From Eledone cirrhosa (taxonomy: Eukaryota), in NCBI GenBank assembly GCA_964016885.1, contig OZ024741.1, forward strand, positions 153,016,001 to 153,080,000: 64,000 nt of DNA. The letters are read 5' to 3'. Below the pieces are notes generated by a model. It ran no database searches and was not told the DNA's origin. It saw nothing but the letters and a program-made list of their open reading frames with translations. Numbering within the stretch: the first letter of the stretch is position 1; each line of letters starts with the position of its first letter. Shown here piece by piece: positions 26,557 to 39,290 of the stretch. Position numbers and translations under genes: made by a program.

Positions 26557-26999
26557 AAGAGAGAGAGGGAGAGAGAGAACACACATTAGCAACAACATTT
26601 TCTTGTCTACACCATCGACCCAATACATTCACTTACGTAGTTCAGTATATCTAGTTCAGTCATATTATTTCTGTGATTGAGTCATAATATTATCCATTGA
26701 CCGTTATCGATTTTCGTCCCGCCAAAAATGGCTTTAATAGCTTCCACACCCACTTTCAATCTCTTGCGCACAGACGTACATATATCCATGTATTATACGC
26801 GCACCACAAGCTGAATATACACAAATCTATATACACAAACACCACACTCACTGTATACACATATACGCGCACTACACTAAGTATATATACATATACGCAC
26901 TGTACACATACATACAAACCCACGTATTCACACTCAAACACGAAACATAAACACACACAGAAAAGATATCCACACACACACATACACAATATAAAATTG

Positions 27000-27150
27000 T
27001 GTAACCACACATACACAACATGAAATGCGTGTAACGTAACCACACATAGACAACATGAAATGCGTGTAACGTAACCACACATACACGACATGAAATGCGT
27101 GTAACGTAACCACACATACACCAACATTAAATGTGTGTAACCACACATAC
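27000..27150. repeat. 35-bp tandem repeat, about 4 copies
   Basis: ACATGAAATGCGTGTAACGTAACCACACATA(G/C)AC(A/G). Confidence 0.85.
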
Positions 27151-27309
27151 ACAATGACACAACCACAAACATACAAACCTTCATGCAACTACACACACAA
27201 ACATAGCCAGCCAATCATATAATTACGCGCGCGCATAACCACATAGCCATACATACATTCAGAAATAACCTCATAGCTACACATCTACAGATACATGTAC
27301 AACAGACAT

Positions 27310-27970
27310 ATAGCGGATGGACCTCCGTCGGCTTCGACAATGAGTGTTCTAGTTGTTCGATCAACGGAACAGCTTGTAAAATTAACGTGAAAGTGGCTGA
27401 ATATTCCATAGAAACGTGTACGCCTTAACATAATTTTCAGTGAGATTCAGCATGACAAAATAATGGAGAGGTTGACCCCCCAATTTTACTCACAAGGCAT
27501 GGGTCGACCCGAGGCCATGGTTAATGACGCTTGCCCAAGATCGAACTCCGGATATAATGATTGCGAAGTAAACTTCTTAAATATTCGGCCATGCTGCATC
27601 CACCATCAATAACAACAGTGATTTCTAATTTAGACACAAAGTCAGGAAATTTGGAGGAAAGATAAAGTTGATTAAATCAATCCCAGTACGGGATTTGAAC
27701 TCAGAATAACAGTGATAACGTCATCAACAACCATAATATCATAACCGACCTCAATAACTGTTTCTACTTTAGGTACCAGACCAGCAATTTGAAGGGAATA
27801 GGAAAGGCGACTAAATCGACTCCAGTGCTTACTAGTACATTATTTTATCGACTCCGTAAGGATGAAAGGCAAAGCTAACCCCGGCGGGATTTGAACTCAG
27901 AACGTAAACAGCTGTAAACTGTATGCTACGAAGCATGGTATCGAAAGCTCTACCGATACTGCCAATCCAC
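27310..27970 (-). mobile_element. Cluster of SINE fragments and one near-complete tRNA-SINE (27755-27970)
   Basis: GGATGAAAGGCAAAGCTAACCCCGGCGGGATTTGAACTCAGAACG..CTACCGATACTGCCAATCC, plus other SINE-like pieces at 27310-27710. Confidence 0.7.
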
Positions 27971-28459
27971 CTACAATAACCAACAACAATAACAAAAACG
28001 TCAAGACAATAGCGCAACCAATAACAAAACCTGAAAACAATAGCTACCACATCTAAGGGTGGTAGAACTAGCAAAAACACATCTATTTGTATATGCGTTA
28101 CAATTTATGTATATGTTATGTAGAGACAGATGGGAGATATAGATATAGAGAGGGGGAGAGTTTGGTGGTAATTGATATAGAGAGGAAGGCTGGGAGAGTG
28201 TGTTGTATATTAGATATATATTTCTATTTATTTGCCACCAGGGCATCAAAGATTGGGACAAATACAAAGGGGGGAGTTTACATACATTTAAAAAGACGTG
28301 TAAAAAACATATAACAAATTAAAATTAACAATCGATGTCCTCAATAGGGAGGGGCGTTGACATGGGTCGCACACACCCCCGAAAAAATGTGCAACCCTCC
28401 TCTTCAGGAGCACAAAGAGCGGGTGCTTCCTTCCTCTTCTCATTCTTCTCCTCTCTCAC

Positions 28460-31400
28460 CTACAGGCTGATATAGAGAGAAGGCCCATTCACTCGGGTCA
28501 GTCTCGCTACTTTCACCCATCTTTCATAAAACTTGCTGGGGTAGAGCACCTCTCTCTCCATTCTGATCCTTCTTCTAAAGTGGCACTTGAAAAAAAAGAC
28601 CAATTGTTGGCCGGAGAGAAAGGTGTCTGACTTCAGCCCTTTCAACCTTGTCCACCATACAACTTCTTTCGCCATGGCTATCACACAGAGGAAAACCGCT
28701 TCTCCTTCGTTTTTGAAAGAGGGAGGCGGTTTGATCGTGACAATGTTTTCGGGGGTCAACCGGATTGGTCCCACCCGCGACAGTAGTCGTTCCACATAGC
28801 CCCACAGGTCAGCAACGCCCGGGCAGTGTACGAATGCGTGTGCGACGGTTTCCTCGTCACACACGCATCTCAGACAGATCTTCTTCGAGGGGACCCTACC
28901 CGGGCGCCCGTGTCTGTAGAGCTTGTCCCAAACGGGTAGAGCTCCTCGGTAACATTGCCAAGCCAGAGACTTTTGGAAGTTGTCCATCGGTCCCGGGCCA
29001 AACGTCCTACCGAACAGACTGGCCAGCTCGTCTTCCTCCATGCCCAGAGCCTCTGCGAGAGCGTCGTCGCACTTACTGCGCACCAACCCTCTATAGAATG
29101 TTGAGGTTGAGACTCCACTGGTTGCCGGATCCGCTTGCCAGAGGGCCGTGAGCGCCTGGGCACATTCAATGTGCCAGTCGCCCACTTTTCTCGGTCTTTG
29201 CTTGACCCAGGATTGCAGCTCGGTGAGTGAGACGAGTCTCGGAAAGGCTCGCCTCACAAACAGGGCCCACACCGGCTGACCGGTGAGGAATACCTGGAGG
29301 TGCCGTAGCCTTAATGCGTGTCTACGCATCGTCAGCCACGGCAACCCCAGCCCTCCGTTCGAAGGGTGTTGACAGCAGATGGATCTTCTCACCAAAGGAA
29401 CCCGCTTCTTCCAAAGAAATCGGAAGAGCGCGCGCTCCATTTTGGCGAGTGTTTTCTCTGGGCAAGGCACGACAGTCAAGCGGTAGTAGATGACGGACGC
29501 TATATAAGCGTTCGCCACCTCCGCTCGACCTTTAAGGGATAGTTTGCACTCGGTCCACTTCTGGGCGAGTGCAAACACCTTGCCCGTTACCTCGTCCCAG
29601 TTTTTCTCTACCTGGAGGTCCGGTCCGAACCAGACCCCGAGCAGCTTCACCGGTCCCTCCGTCCAGCGTCCGACGATGCTGTCGGAGGGCATCGTTTTCC
29701 CCTCCACGTCCCGAGTTGAAAACCGACGGACTTGTCCCGGTTCAGCTTGGCTCCTGTGAACCTTTCATATTCCTCCAGTAAGGTGCCGATCTGCCCGATT
29801 TCCGAGGCGCATGACACCATTAGTGTCACATCATCGGCGTAGGCCGACACCGCTTTCCGCAATCCCGGTTCCAAGGAGATTCCCTGCAACAGCTCCAGCT
29901 TCCGCAGTAGTGGCTCGAGAGCCAGCACATACAGGAGAGAGGAGAGAGGGCATCCTTGTCGAATGGATCGCGTGATTTGGAACGGCTCCGAGAGGTAGCC
30001 GTTCACCTTGACCCTCGAGCAGGTGTTGCTGCTGTGCATTGCAGCAATCCGAAGCCTGCCGCCGCGAGCACCGCATCCACGTACCGATGGTCAACCCTAT
30101 CGAACGCCTTAGATTGATCCAAGTTGATCAGGGCCCCACCAAAGCCGGGTTCGTTCCCTACCCTCTCTACGATGTATCGCATGAGGTGGAGGTTGTCGTG
30201 TATGGACCTGGACGGGATTGCGCATGTCTGCGCTTCTCCCACCAGGTTCCCGACGACAAGCGCCAACATCTTCGCTAAAAATCTTTAACTCTGTGTTTAG
30301 CAGAGTTATGGGCCTGAAGTTATCTATGTCATCCCCCTTGTTCTCGTCCTTCCTCACCAGCGTGACTACGCCCTTGGTCACAGAACTGGGAATTCTCCCG
30401 TTCTGTTGCCAGTTCCAGTAGACCGCCTCGAAGAAACCGGAGAACAAGCCCGGCATCGCTACATAAAGTTCGTATGGTAGACCATCGAGACCCGGAGATT
30501 TGCGTTTGCCGCATTGGCTCAGCGCTTCCCCTATTTCAGCGGCTGAAATTGGCCTCTCGCAGGACTTCGCCTCCCCGTCCGAGGGCCGCGCCAGACCGTC
30601 GAGGTATGGACCGAAATCCATGGCCCCACACGTCCTGCCGCCCCTCTCGAACAGTCGTGCAAAGCGCCGTTGAAAGGCCGCGCTTATCCGCTCAGGTTCA
30701 AGGATCACGCGTCCATCCTGGTCCTTCAAAGACCGAATCGTGGACTTGTTTCCACTTTTTGCCTCTGTCACTCGGGCCCAGCTAACAGCTTTGGCTCCCT
30801 CGTTACACAGAGCACGTATTTTACTCCTGACAACGCAGCCCTCGTGCTTCGCATCAAAGAACTGGTCTAGGGCCGTTCTTGACGCCAACACGCCGGCCAC
30901 GTTGCCACTCCTAATCGCCTCTTCTACTCTATTTGTTAATTCCCTTCCAGTTCTATTCCTATCTGATGCTAATTCCCGACTAAAACCTATCGATTCTATT
31001 CTAATTTCTCTCTTGAGAGAGCCCCACCACCTGCTGTTGACAATTGCCCCCGTCAAACGCTGCTTAACTAGTGTACTAATCCGCTTACTGTAAGCTTTGT
31101 TTGTCGGTAAAGACAAGTTTAGCTTCCAGTAACCGGGTCCCTGTCTATGAGTTCTATCAAGGTTGACCACTCCGGTCACCAACTTGTGATCCGAATAGTC
31201 AACCATGAACATTCGTGGACAGCTTAATATGTCCCTATCCTTATTTCTAACTAGGAACCTATCTAGGTACGACCTAGATGTTCCGCTGCGATTACTCCAC
31301 GTCCACCGTGGCACAGTCGGAAAATCTAGTCGATATCTATCGGCCAGATCAAATCGGCCGATTAATCGTTTGAGGCTGTTACACCCCCCTCTATCGGGAC

Positions 31401-31866
31401 ATGCCCCTACCTAGTCCCAACGTGCATCCAGGATACCATTCCAGTCCCCCACTAAAAGCAAGGAGCGAGACGTTCCCAGGAAATTCTCCAGGCGTCGGAA
31501 GAAGTCCGGTCGCGGTGTCCCAGATTGGGCATACGCTGCCACCAGCCTGAAAGCTCCACCTTCACCACTGCCGACGTCTAAAACCACCAGTCGACCCTCC
31601 GGGTCCATGTGTACCTTCTGTGTGGCAAGACCCAGGTATTTTCGCAGCAGAACGACAACCCCACCCCCACCCCTCGGCTGACAGAGAGATGCGTAGATCT
31701 CAAAGCCATCGAAGATGGGGGCCAGTTGGCGCTCGCTGCTGATCCTGGACTCGCAAATAACCATTACATCCACTCTGTGCGACCTGAGGTCATTTAAGAG
31801 TTTGCCCTGTTTCCAGGACATCCCCAAGCCGCGTGCATTCACACATCCAACTCTTATATTGGCCAT
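28460..31866 (-). pseudogene. Tx1-type ORF2 (APE endonuclease, RT, zinc finger), disrupted
   Basis: NIRVGCVNARGL, GDWN, SYLDRFLV, YSDH, KSPGLDGL, NFRPITLLN, DQSKAFDRVDH, RQGCPLS, AYADD, CLRC..ETVAHAFVHC. Stop at 31411 and frameshifts near 30265, 30040 and 29700. Confidence 0.93.
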
Positions 31867-31908
31867 GTTGGTGCTGAAGAGTTAAAAAGGAAGAGGAAAG
31901 GAAATTAC

Positions 31909-33783
31909 TTACCTCTTCGTCTCCTGGGGACCAGGCTGCACAATTTCCATGGGGGTGTTGGACGGATTGTTTGGTGGGGTGGTGGTTTGTGGTGGGGTGA
32001 GGACATCAGTGTGTGGTGGGATTAGGGTGTTTGGTGGGGTGTGGGTGTCTGGTGTGGGGGTGGGGAAACATCTCAATAGGATGCTGTTATGTGGTTTGGT
32101 GCAGTTGGTCCCCACATGCATTGGATGGTTCTTTTTCAAAGTTACATAGGTTTCCGTTGGGACCCTAATCATCATTAGGTGCGGTTTGTTCGCTGCGTAG
32201 GTGAAAGTGATCCCTTCGGTTTCCACCGAAGGGTTATTTTCTATCGCTTTCATCAACGTTTTATTGTTGTTGTTAATGTATGTATAGAATTTTTGTTGTG
32301 TTGTGTTTGTTTTTGTTTGTTGTTCTTGTGCGTTTTTGCGTTTTGTAGTATGTGTTATGTTTTGGGGAGGGGTGGGTTTTTTTGTTTGAGATGTTTGAGA
32401 TGTTTGTGCTGGTGGTTGTGTGTTTGTAACATTTTTGTTAATGTGGTGCCTTTTTTTTTCCTTTTCACCTGTTGAAAGGGTTCTCCCTCGTCGTCACTGG
32501 GTGACGTTGATACGGAGTCCTCTTCCGTGTTGTTGGGGAGGGGTATATTTTGGGGTTTTGTTGTGGTTGCTTTTGTATTTGTTTTAGGTGGGGAGAGGTT
32601 GGGTGGAACAGTGTTTTGTATTGTTATTTTTCCGTGTTTTTGTGGTGGTGGTGGTGGTGGTGGTTGTGTTGTTGTGTTCGGGGTTGGCAGAAGAGCCTTT
32701 TTTTTTTTACTCGTTAATTGAGGACAGGCAGCCCTCAGGTGACCCCTGCTTAAGCAGTGGTAACATGACGGCCGCCTTCCCTCCACTGAAATGTTTATAT
32801 AAGTTAGCCCGTCCAGAGGCACGCGTTGTGGGATATTCGCTATTCGTTCTGGGCTCATTTTCACCAGAACTTCTACGCTGGTCCCACCAAATACACCTCC
32901 GGAGGACTTTCTTATTGAAATTATCTTGTCTTCGTCAAAGTCAATGATTCCACATAGTATCCACCAAATATTTACATTTGGTGTGATACTCATTATTTTT
33001 ATTCTTTGTGTCCTTTTTCCCCTGTATGTGGGGGAAAAGGTGAAGCGGGGGGACACAATGGGTGATACCGAGTACTTTTGAGCTTTTGACTGGTTGTTCA
33101 TTAGCACCGAAATGCTACCAAACAGTTTACCTTTTTGTATGAAGGTTAAGTCCTTCATTGCATCTTTTAGAACCAGCACAATTTCATTTTGTGATAATTG
33201 AGCTGGTTTTCTTGTTTCGTTCGATATTGTCCTGAAAACCAGTTTTCAGGACAGCCTCTCTACGTAATTCCTGTGGAGAATTGATGCTAAAAGCACCGTT
33301 TTCGCCAAAAGTCACGAATTGTTTTGCGTCTTGTAATAGTTGTTTAGCATTTGTTATGTCTATTGGCGTGTATAGTTCGTTTTTTTTTACAGTCTGTGCG
33401 AATGTTGTTTTGGTGTTGTCTTTTTTGTTGCTGTCACTGTTGGTAACATTGTCCATGCCTTCCTTGGTGTTGCTATTGTTGCAGTTGTTGGTTGTGGTGT
33501 TATTGTCATTGTTCTTGTTGTTGGTGCTGGTATTATTTACCGGGTTTGGTTTCGTGGTTTCAATATTTTTAACGTTTTTCGATAATGCGAGGGGGGAAGG
33601 CTGCAAGCTTTGTACTCCTACCTTCCCTCCACCACTTTTCTTAGTGGGCGTGGCACTCACGACAGTGTGCGAGGTGGAAATGGCATCCAGTGCCACCAAG
33701 TCTACAGTTTTGAGATGAAAATGAAAATTTCGCCCCAGAAAGGGGCGAAAATTAGTTGACTCAACGTCAGAAGGCCCAGGCAA
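31909..33783 (-). pseudogene. Tx1-type ORF1 (gag-like, CCHC zinc knuckle), frameshifted
   Basis: VEGRRPSCYHCLSRGHLRAAC knuckle with Pro/Thr/Asn-rich flanks; broken into three ORFs directly upstream of ORF2. Confidence 0.8.
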
Positions 33784-33887
33784 GGGGTTAAACTAAACAA
33801 TGTTATTAAATTGAGCAATAAACTCACAGTTTTTTTTTGACAATAATCCGTAAAAATCTGGAGCGAAGTAATTCACGTCTATATCAA

Positions 33888-34260
33888 GTGGTAATAGATA
33901 TAGAGAGGGGATAGTTTGGTGGTAATTGATATACTGAAGGGGTTGGGGGAGTGTGTTGTATATTAGTTATAGAGAGGGGGTAGTTTGATGTTTATTGATA
34001 TAGAGAGGGGTATTGGAAGAGAGTTCCGTGTATTAGATAGAGAGGGGGAGAGTTTGGTGTTAATTGATATAGAGAGAGGAATTGGAAGAGAGTACCGTGT
34101 CGTAGATTTAGAGAGGAAGGAGAATATGGTGGTTGTAGATATACAGAGAGGGATAATGGGAGAGTGCCGTGTAGTAGATATAGAGAGGGTGAGAGTTTAG
34201 GGGTGATTGATATACAGAGGGGGATTTGGAGAGATAAGTGTTGATACTTATAGAGAGTGA
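33888..34260. repeat. ~70-bp dimeric minisatellite, continued at 28120-28220 on the other side of the LINE
   Basis: GATATAGAGAGGGGGAGAGTTTGGTGGTAATT alternates with GATATAGAGAGG..GGAAGAGAGT..CGTGTATTA. Confidence 0.8.
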
Positions 34261-34619
34261 AATGTAAAATAAAATTATTAATAGATTCTCCAGCTGTTGT
34301 ATCAATATGAATCATTTACAATAAAATTTCGCCGGAGATAGATTAGAAAAATTTAATAAGCTGGTGGGGTGTGGAACAAATCTGATAAATTCATAAGCGG
34401 AGGGTGGGGACGATTATTCAAGATTTGAGGGTACGTGAATTATTGACGAACGTAAGAACGAAAACTCAATACCAAGTAGAGTTTAAATATTTATTTATTA
34501 TGGCTAGGCCTTATTACTCTAGAGTCTCACCTACGTACTCACCAGACAAGACCCTGTGAGTGCGCAGGTGAAACTTTAGAGTAATGAAGCTCATCATTAG
34601 CCATAATAAATGAATGTAT

Positions 34620-35168
34620 ATATAAAATCAAGGGAGTGTAAACACAGAAAATATCTTTAAAAATATAAAAAGTATAAATTCCAAAAAATTCACTGTACTT
34701 ACTATATGTGCCCTTACCGCGGTTTCAGATCCCAAACAAATAGATAAGCCAAGCGGATTTCCACTGAGAAAGAGAACATCGTCAGAAAGCTTTTCTCTCT
34801 CGGAGAATATAAAATTCCCGAGTTCAAATTACAAACTGGCGCCATACAAAATTGCCCCAGAATGAGAGCATATGAATGATGAAACAATTTTGTTTTGGTA
34901 CCGTGTGCAAAGACAGAAAGCAAGGTGGACAGGTCAATCCCGTGCTGCTAAAAATAGCAGCCGTTCAAACAACCAAAGGTTTCTCTACCGTTGGGGAGAA
35001 TAATAATAAAAGTATGTGTGCCTACATGTAATTAATACACATAGGGACACAAGTATAGTCTGACCGTATGCCAGTGTGGTTCAATGGCAAGTTAATAAAT
35101 TAACAAGCCAGAACATATAAAATCAAGGGAATGTAGACACAGAAAATATCCTAAAAAATATAAAAAAT

Positions 35169-35176
<8 letters not shown>
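34620..35176 (-). mobile_element. Terminally redundant ~0.55-kb non-coding element containing a hammerhead (retrozyme/pLTR-like)
   Basis: ~60-bp direct repeats at 34620-34680 and 35116-35176, an internal hammerhead at 34710-34790, and adjacent (TA)n. Confidence 0.65.
34710..34790 (-). ncRNA. Type-I hammerhead ribozyme motif with long stem II
   Basis: GCUUU-CUGACGA-UGUUCUC..GGGAUCU-GAAA-CCGCGG-UA-AGGGC; stem I has G-U wobbles and stem III is palindromic. Confidence 0.7.
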
Positions 35177-35210
<34 letters not shown>

Positions 35211-35467
35211 AGATGAATAAATGCGAAGAACCTCGATATAATAACCCCTTAGGAAAGAGCACAGAGCATAATTTTTTTTAATTATGTATATAAATTGGTG
35301 ATGGAACTGGGGAGATGCCCTTCCTCCAATGATTATATTTTCTCCCCAAGCTACCAAAACATAACTTCCATAGGTGATCTCGAGTCAATCACCTGCGAAA
35401 CGCACATAACAGGGATACTAAAAAAACAACATAAAAACATGTAAACGAAACTTCATTATTATTTTAT

Positions 35468-35840
35468 ATGGATTGGCAGTATCAGTAGCAGGCTGGACGC
35501 CATGCTTTGCAGCATAGTGTTACACCCATTTACGATCTGAGTTCAAATCCTGCCGAGGTTAACTTTGCCTTTCATCCTTAAAATAAAGTACCAGTAATGC
35601 ACTGAAAAAATTGCTGGCCTTGTGTCAAAAAGTAGAAACAATTATTATTTTTATTGTGGATTGGCAGTATCGGTAGAGGGTCGCACGCCATGCTTTCTGG
35701 CATAGTTACGTCCCTTTACAGTCTGAGTTCCAATCCCGCCGAGGTTAACTTTGCCTTTCATCCTTACGGGGTCGATAAAATAAAGTACCAGTAATGTACT
35801 GGTTATTGCTGGCCTTGTGCCTAAAGTAGAAACAATTATT
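35468..35840 (+). mobile_element. Tandem dimer of the tRNA-SINE
   Basis: Two consecutive TGGATTGGCAGTATC..GAGTTC(A/C)AATCC..AGTAGAAACAATTATT units. Confidence 0.88.
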
Positions 35841-36493
35841 TTTATTATATCCTCTGCCTGTGCATCGTGTGCTGATTTTGGTGACACCACCAGTAATTCA
35901 CTGAAAATGTATGTTTGTATGTATGTATGTATGTATGTATGTATCATATGTGTACATGTGTGTGTACGCGCGTGCATGTGTGTGTGTAATACGTCTATGT
36001 ATGTATACATAGCCCTTGACCTTGTATGTTATATGTAATATTGTGTATAAACTACACGCATGACTGTACACGCTATATGTGTCCTAAGTGCACTGTCTAT
36101 AGTTAGTGGGCTTGTTTATAGTTCACCCTTTAACCTTCTGTTTCGTTGTTATTGTATGCTGAATGTTTCTTTTCCAGGACTTAGTTGAGTTCCGCTGATC
36201 CAGTAGTTCTGGGGTCACATGGTGCACCATTGGGAAGTGGGTACTTGAACACATTACTTATCACCTTGTCTAAAACATTGTTGTTCTCTTTATTTTCAAG
36301 CAATTGTTTGACATATTTATTGCTACTCTTGTTGAAATAGCAGAGCCTGTCAATATTGCTATTTCTGTAGAAACTTTCAGATTATGACAACATTTAGAAG
36401 CCTTTTCATACCAAACCACTGGAATCCGTCCTGGTTCTACGAAACAAAACTGTTTATTTCAAAGTGTTTTTATTTATCCGCAAACCAAGAGAG

Positions 36494-36700
36494 TGGATTG
36501 GAAATATAGGTAGAGCGTTGAACAAAATCATTTGTGGTATTTAGCTACAACTTTCTAAGTTCTGAGTTCAAATCCCGCCATGGTCAACTTTGCCTTTAAA
36601 CCTTCCGGGATCAATAAAATAAAGTGCCAGTTAAGTACTAGGGTCAATATAATTGACTTTCTCCTTGCCCCAAATTGCTGTGTTGTGACAATGTTAGAAA
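36494..36700 (+). mobile_element. tRNA-SINE copy, diverged
   Basis: TTCTGAGTTCAAATCCCGCCATGGTCAACTTTGCCTTT. Confidence 0.75.
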
Positions 36701-36929
36701 GAATTTATCTACAAACCTTCCATCATAAGTTTATGTAAGAACCTTTATCATGCTATTCTCTAAATACCAGCTATATAATGAAGTTACTAATTATTGATTA
36801 CTTTCAAAATTATTTGTAAAACATAGGCTATGTTTTCATTTTAAAATGTTGCAATGAAAGGGTGAATCTGTAACTAGAGAGATGAGTCATACACAATTAT
36901 TGGTATAGCAGTATCACCATCAACTGCTT

Positions 36930-37350
36930 CAAGGCAAAATTGACACCCTAGAAAGATTTCAATTTGATAAACAGTGTTATGAAAGTAACAGAAAACATTA
37001 GAGTACAGCTGATTAAGAAGAAAATTAGATTAGATGAAATACAATTTGGATTTGTTCTAGAATAGAGTATGAACTATGTTGTGAGAGACGTCAATATCTC
37101 TTAGCTAAAGGAAAGTCATTATATCTAGCAATTGGGAACTTGGAGAAGGACTTTGGCTGGATAGCATACACAGTAGTTTCATGGTCGCTAAGAAATACAG
37201 GTGTAGATTGTATACCTTTTACCAATGCCAATGTCTGGTTAGAGCCATGCAAGCCATTTACGGATGTGTTGTGAGCAAGATGAGTGTTAGCAATGAGCTC
37301 AGTAAGAAATTTACAATGCAGGTATGTGACTATCAGGATCCCCTCCATTT
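36930..37350 (+). mobile_element. Highly decayed RTE-type RT fragment
   Basis: LDEIQFGF and YLLAKGKSLYLAIGNLEKDF resemble the QFGF and DLEKAFD regions. Confidence 0.45.
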
Positions 37351-37799
37351 ATCATAGTTCTTTGGTAGTACACTATACAACACCGTAGCCACCTCCTCCA
37401 CACCATCATCATCAACACCTAAACCAACACACCCACCACCGCTACCACAATTATCAACACAACCACTACTTCTATTACTACTATCAGCAGAACTACTAAC
37501 ACCAGCACTGCCATACCCACTACCACCGACACCACTACCATCATCATCATCAACATCATCAACACCACCACCACCGTCATCATCAACATCATCAACACCA
37601 TCATCATCAACATCAACATCAACACCACCAACAACGCCACCATCACCACTATTACACCACTACTAACATCACCACCATCACTATAACTACTAGCACCGGA
37701 ATGACCACCACCGCCACCTATGTAATGAGCGCTTGTTCTGTGTGTGTGTGTGTGTGTGCATTAGAGTGCAGCCATGCATGATGACAATTGTGGAGGAGA

Positions 37800-37870
<71 letters not shown>

Positions 37871-38302
37871 ATAGAGAAAGTGAGAGAGGGAGGGCGGTAA
37901 GACTAATGAGAGGCAGAAATGATGTGGGGAGGAGGTAAAGGTGGGGAGATTGAGAAAATGAGAGGAGGAGGAGGAGTAATGGTTGTGGTAGTGGGCGGAA
38001 GCTCATGTAATATTACTGTAGAAACATATGTTTTAGCTGAACTTTAACACAAGTGGTGGGGGGGGAGCTGTGGGGGGGGGGGGAGTTGATGAGGAGGAAC
38101 AGGGTGTTAGAATATTAAAGGTGGTGTGGAGAATGAGAGACAGGTGTAAGGCAGGTGAGAATAGGATGGGGGCGGCGTTTGTAGAGAGGTTATAAAGTAC
38201 ATTAGTTTTCTCCAAAATAACTCTGTTTGAATGTGTCTGCATGCCAGTCCGTTTGTCTGTATGTTGGTATGCATGGACGCCATGTATATACATTTATATA
38301 CT

Positions 38303-38382
<80 letters not shown>

Positions 38383-38520
38383 AAGTTTTATTTAAATTGT
38401 TGGGTTACAACGAGTAAATATTTATAACTGATATAAAAGCACTCAACAAGTATTTGGAGTATATTTACGATATTAAATAAATGGAAACTCTATCTATTTA
38501 TAAGACTGTTTATATTGTAT

Positions 38521-38580
38521 TTTGTCTGAAGAAGGCATACCATATTTTTAATATGATATCCCTGAAATATATATAATGAA
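38521..38580 (+). ncRNA. Type-I hammerhead ribozyme motif inside inverted repeat 38466-38627
   Basis: UUUGU-CUGAAGA-AGG.AUA.CAUAUU-uuu-AAUAUG.UAU.CCU-GAAA-UAUAUA-UA-AUGAA. Confidence 0.75.
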
Positions 38581-38623
38581 ATAAATATGGTTTTATAAAT
38601 ATAGTTTCCATTTATTTAATATC

Positions 38624-38674
<51 letters not shown>

Positions 38675-38702
38675 GTATTGGTTCTCTGAAATAGCGATGT
38701 AT

Positions 38703-39290
38703 ACATGAATGTGTGTATAGTATATTTGGCAATATCCTGTATGTTTAATTAAAAACATTTAGAAGACCATTCGCTATGAGCTTTAAAGTAGAGACTTTTT
38801 TTTTTTTTTAGTTTTACGTTCCTTTTTTTGTGATAGTTATTTTATTTTTCCAAATATAATTCATGAGTAGAGAAAAGCAATGAAGAATGACATGATGCTG
38901 AATGAAAATAAAAGCGATAAATACAAACACACACACGCCGACCACAACTAAATATGGAATGATACGTGATGGGGCTCCGCCACAGCGCCCGGCGATCAGA
39001 ATGGAGAAGGCGTTTCCCCGGAGGACAGCAAGGGGGACGCGCTGGAAAAGCCCCTCCAACTCGCGGGGCTCACACCTGCGGCTGTGACTATGTCACTTAT
39101 TCTCGGCAAAAGCAAAGAAGAGTAATCGAAACGCTAACGAGCGAGAAACAGACTGTCGATCACTCTTCTTTGCCGAGAATAAGTAAGTGACATAGTCACT
39201 ACTTTAAAACACATGGCGAATGGTCTTTTAAATGTTTTTAATTAAACATACAGTATATTGCCAAATATACTATACATACATACATACATG
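38703..39290. repeat. Fold-back element whose left arm is interrupted by a CRE-type insertion
   Basis: 38703-38796 plus 39084-39128 is the reverse complement of ~39155-39290. Confidence 0.85.
38797..39083 (-). mobile_element. CRE-clade non-LTR retrotransposon 3' fragment with poly(A) and probable TSD
   Basis: EPRELEGLFQRVPLAVLRGNAFSIL (the QR..A..RGNA C-terminal motif), a T-run at ~38797-38809, and GAGACT/GTGACT flanks. Confidence 0.75.

Larger units (their letters stand above)
28221..33887 (-). mobile_element. Near full-length, decayed L1/Tx1-type LINE
   Basis: ORF1 with a zinc knuckle and ORF2 with APE, RT and a C-terminal zinc finger. Short 3' UTR ends AAATAAATAGAAA; 5' end has an AGACGTG motif. 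Confidence 0.93.

Noticed and set aside
36180-36460. Non-repetitive stretch with a short open frame on the minus strand
   Set aside because: No recognisable domain or convincing splice-site pair.
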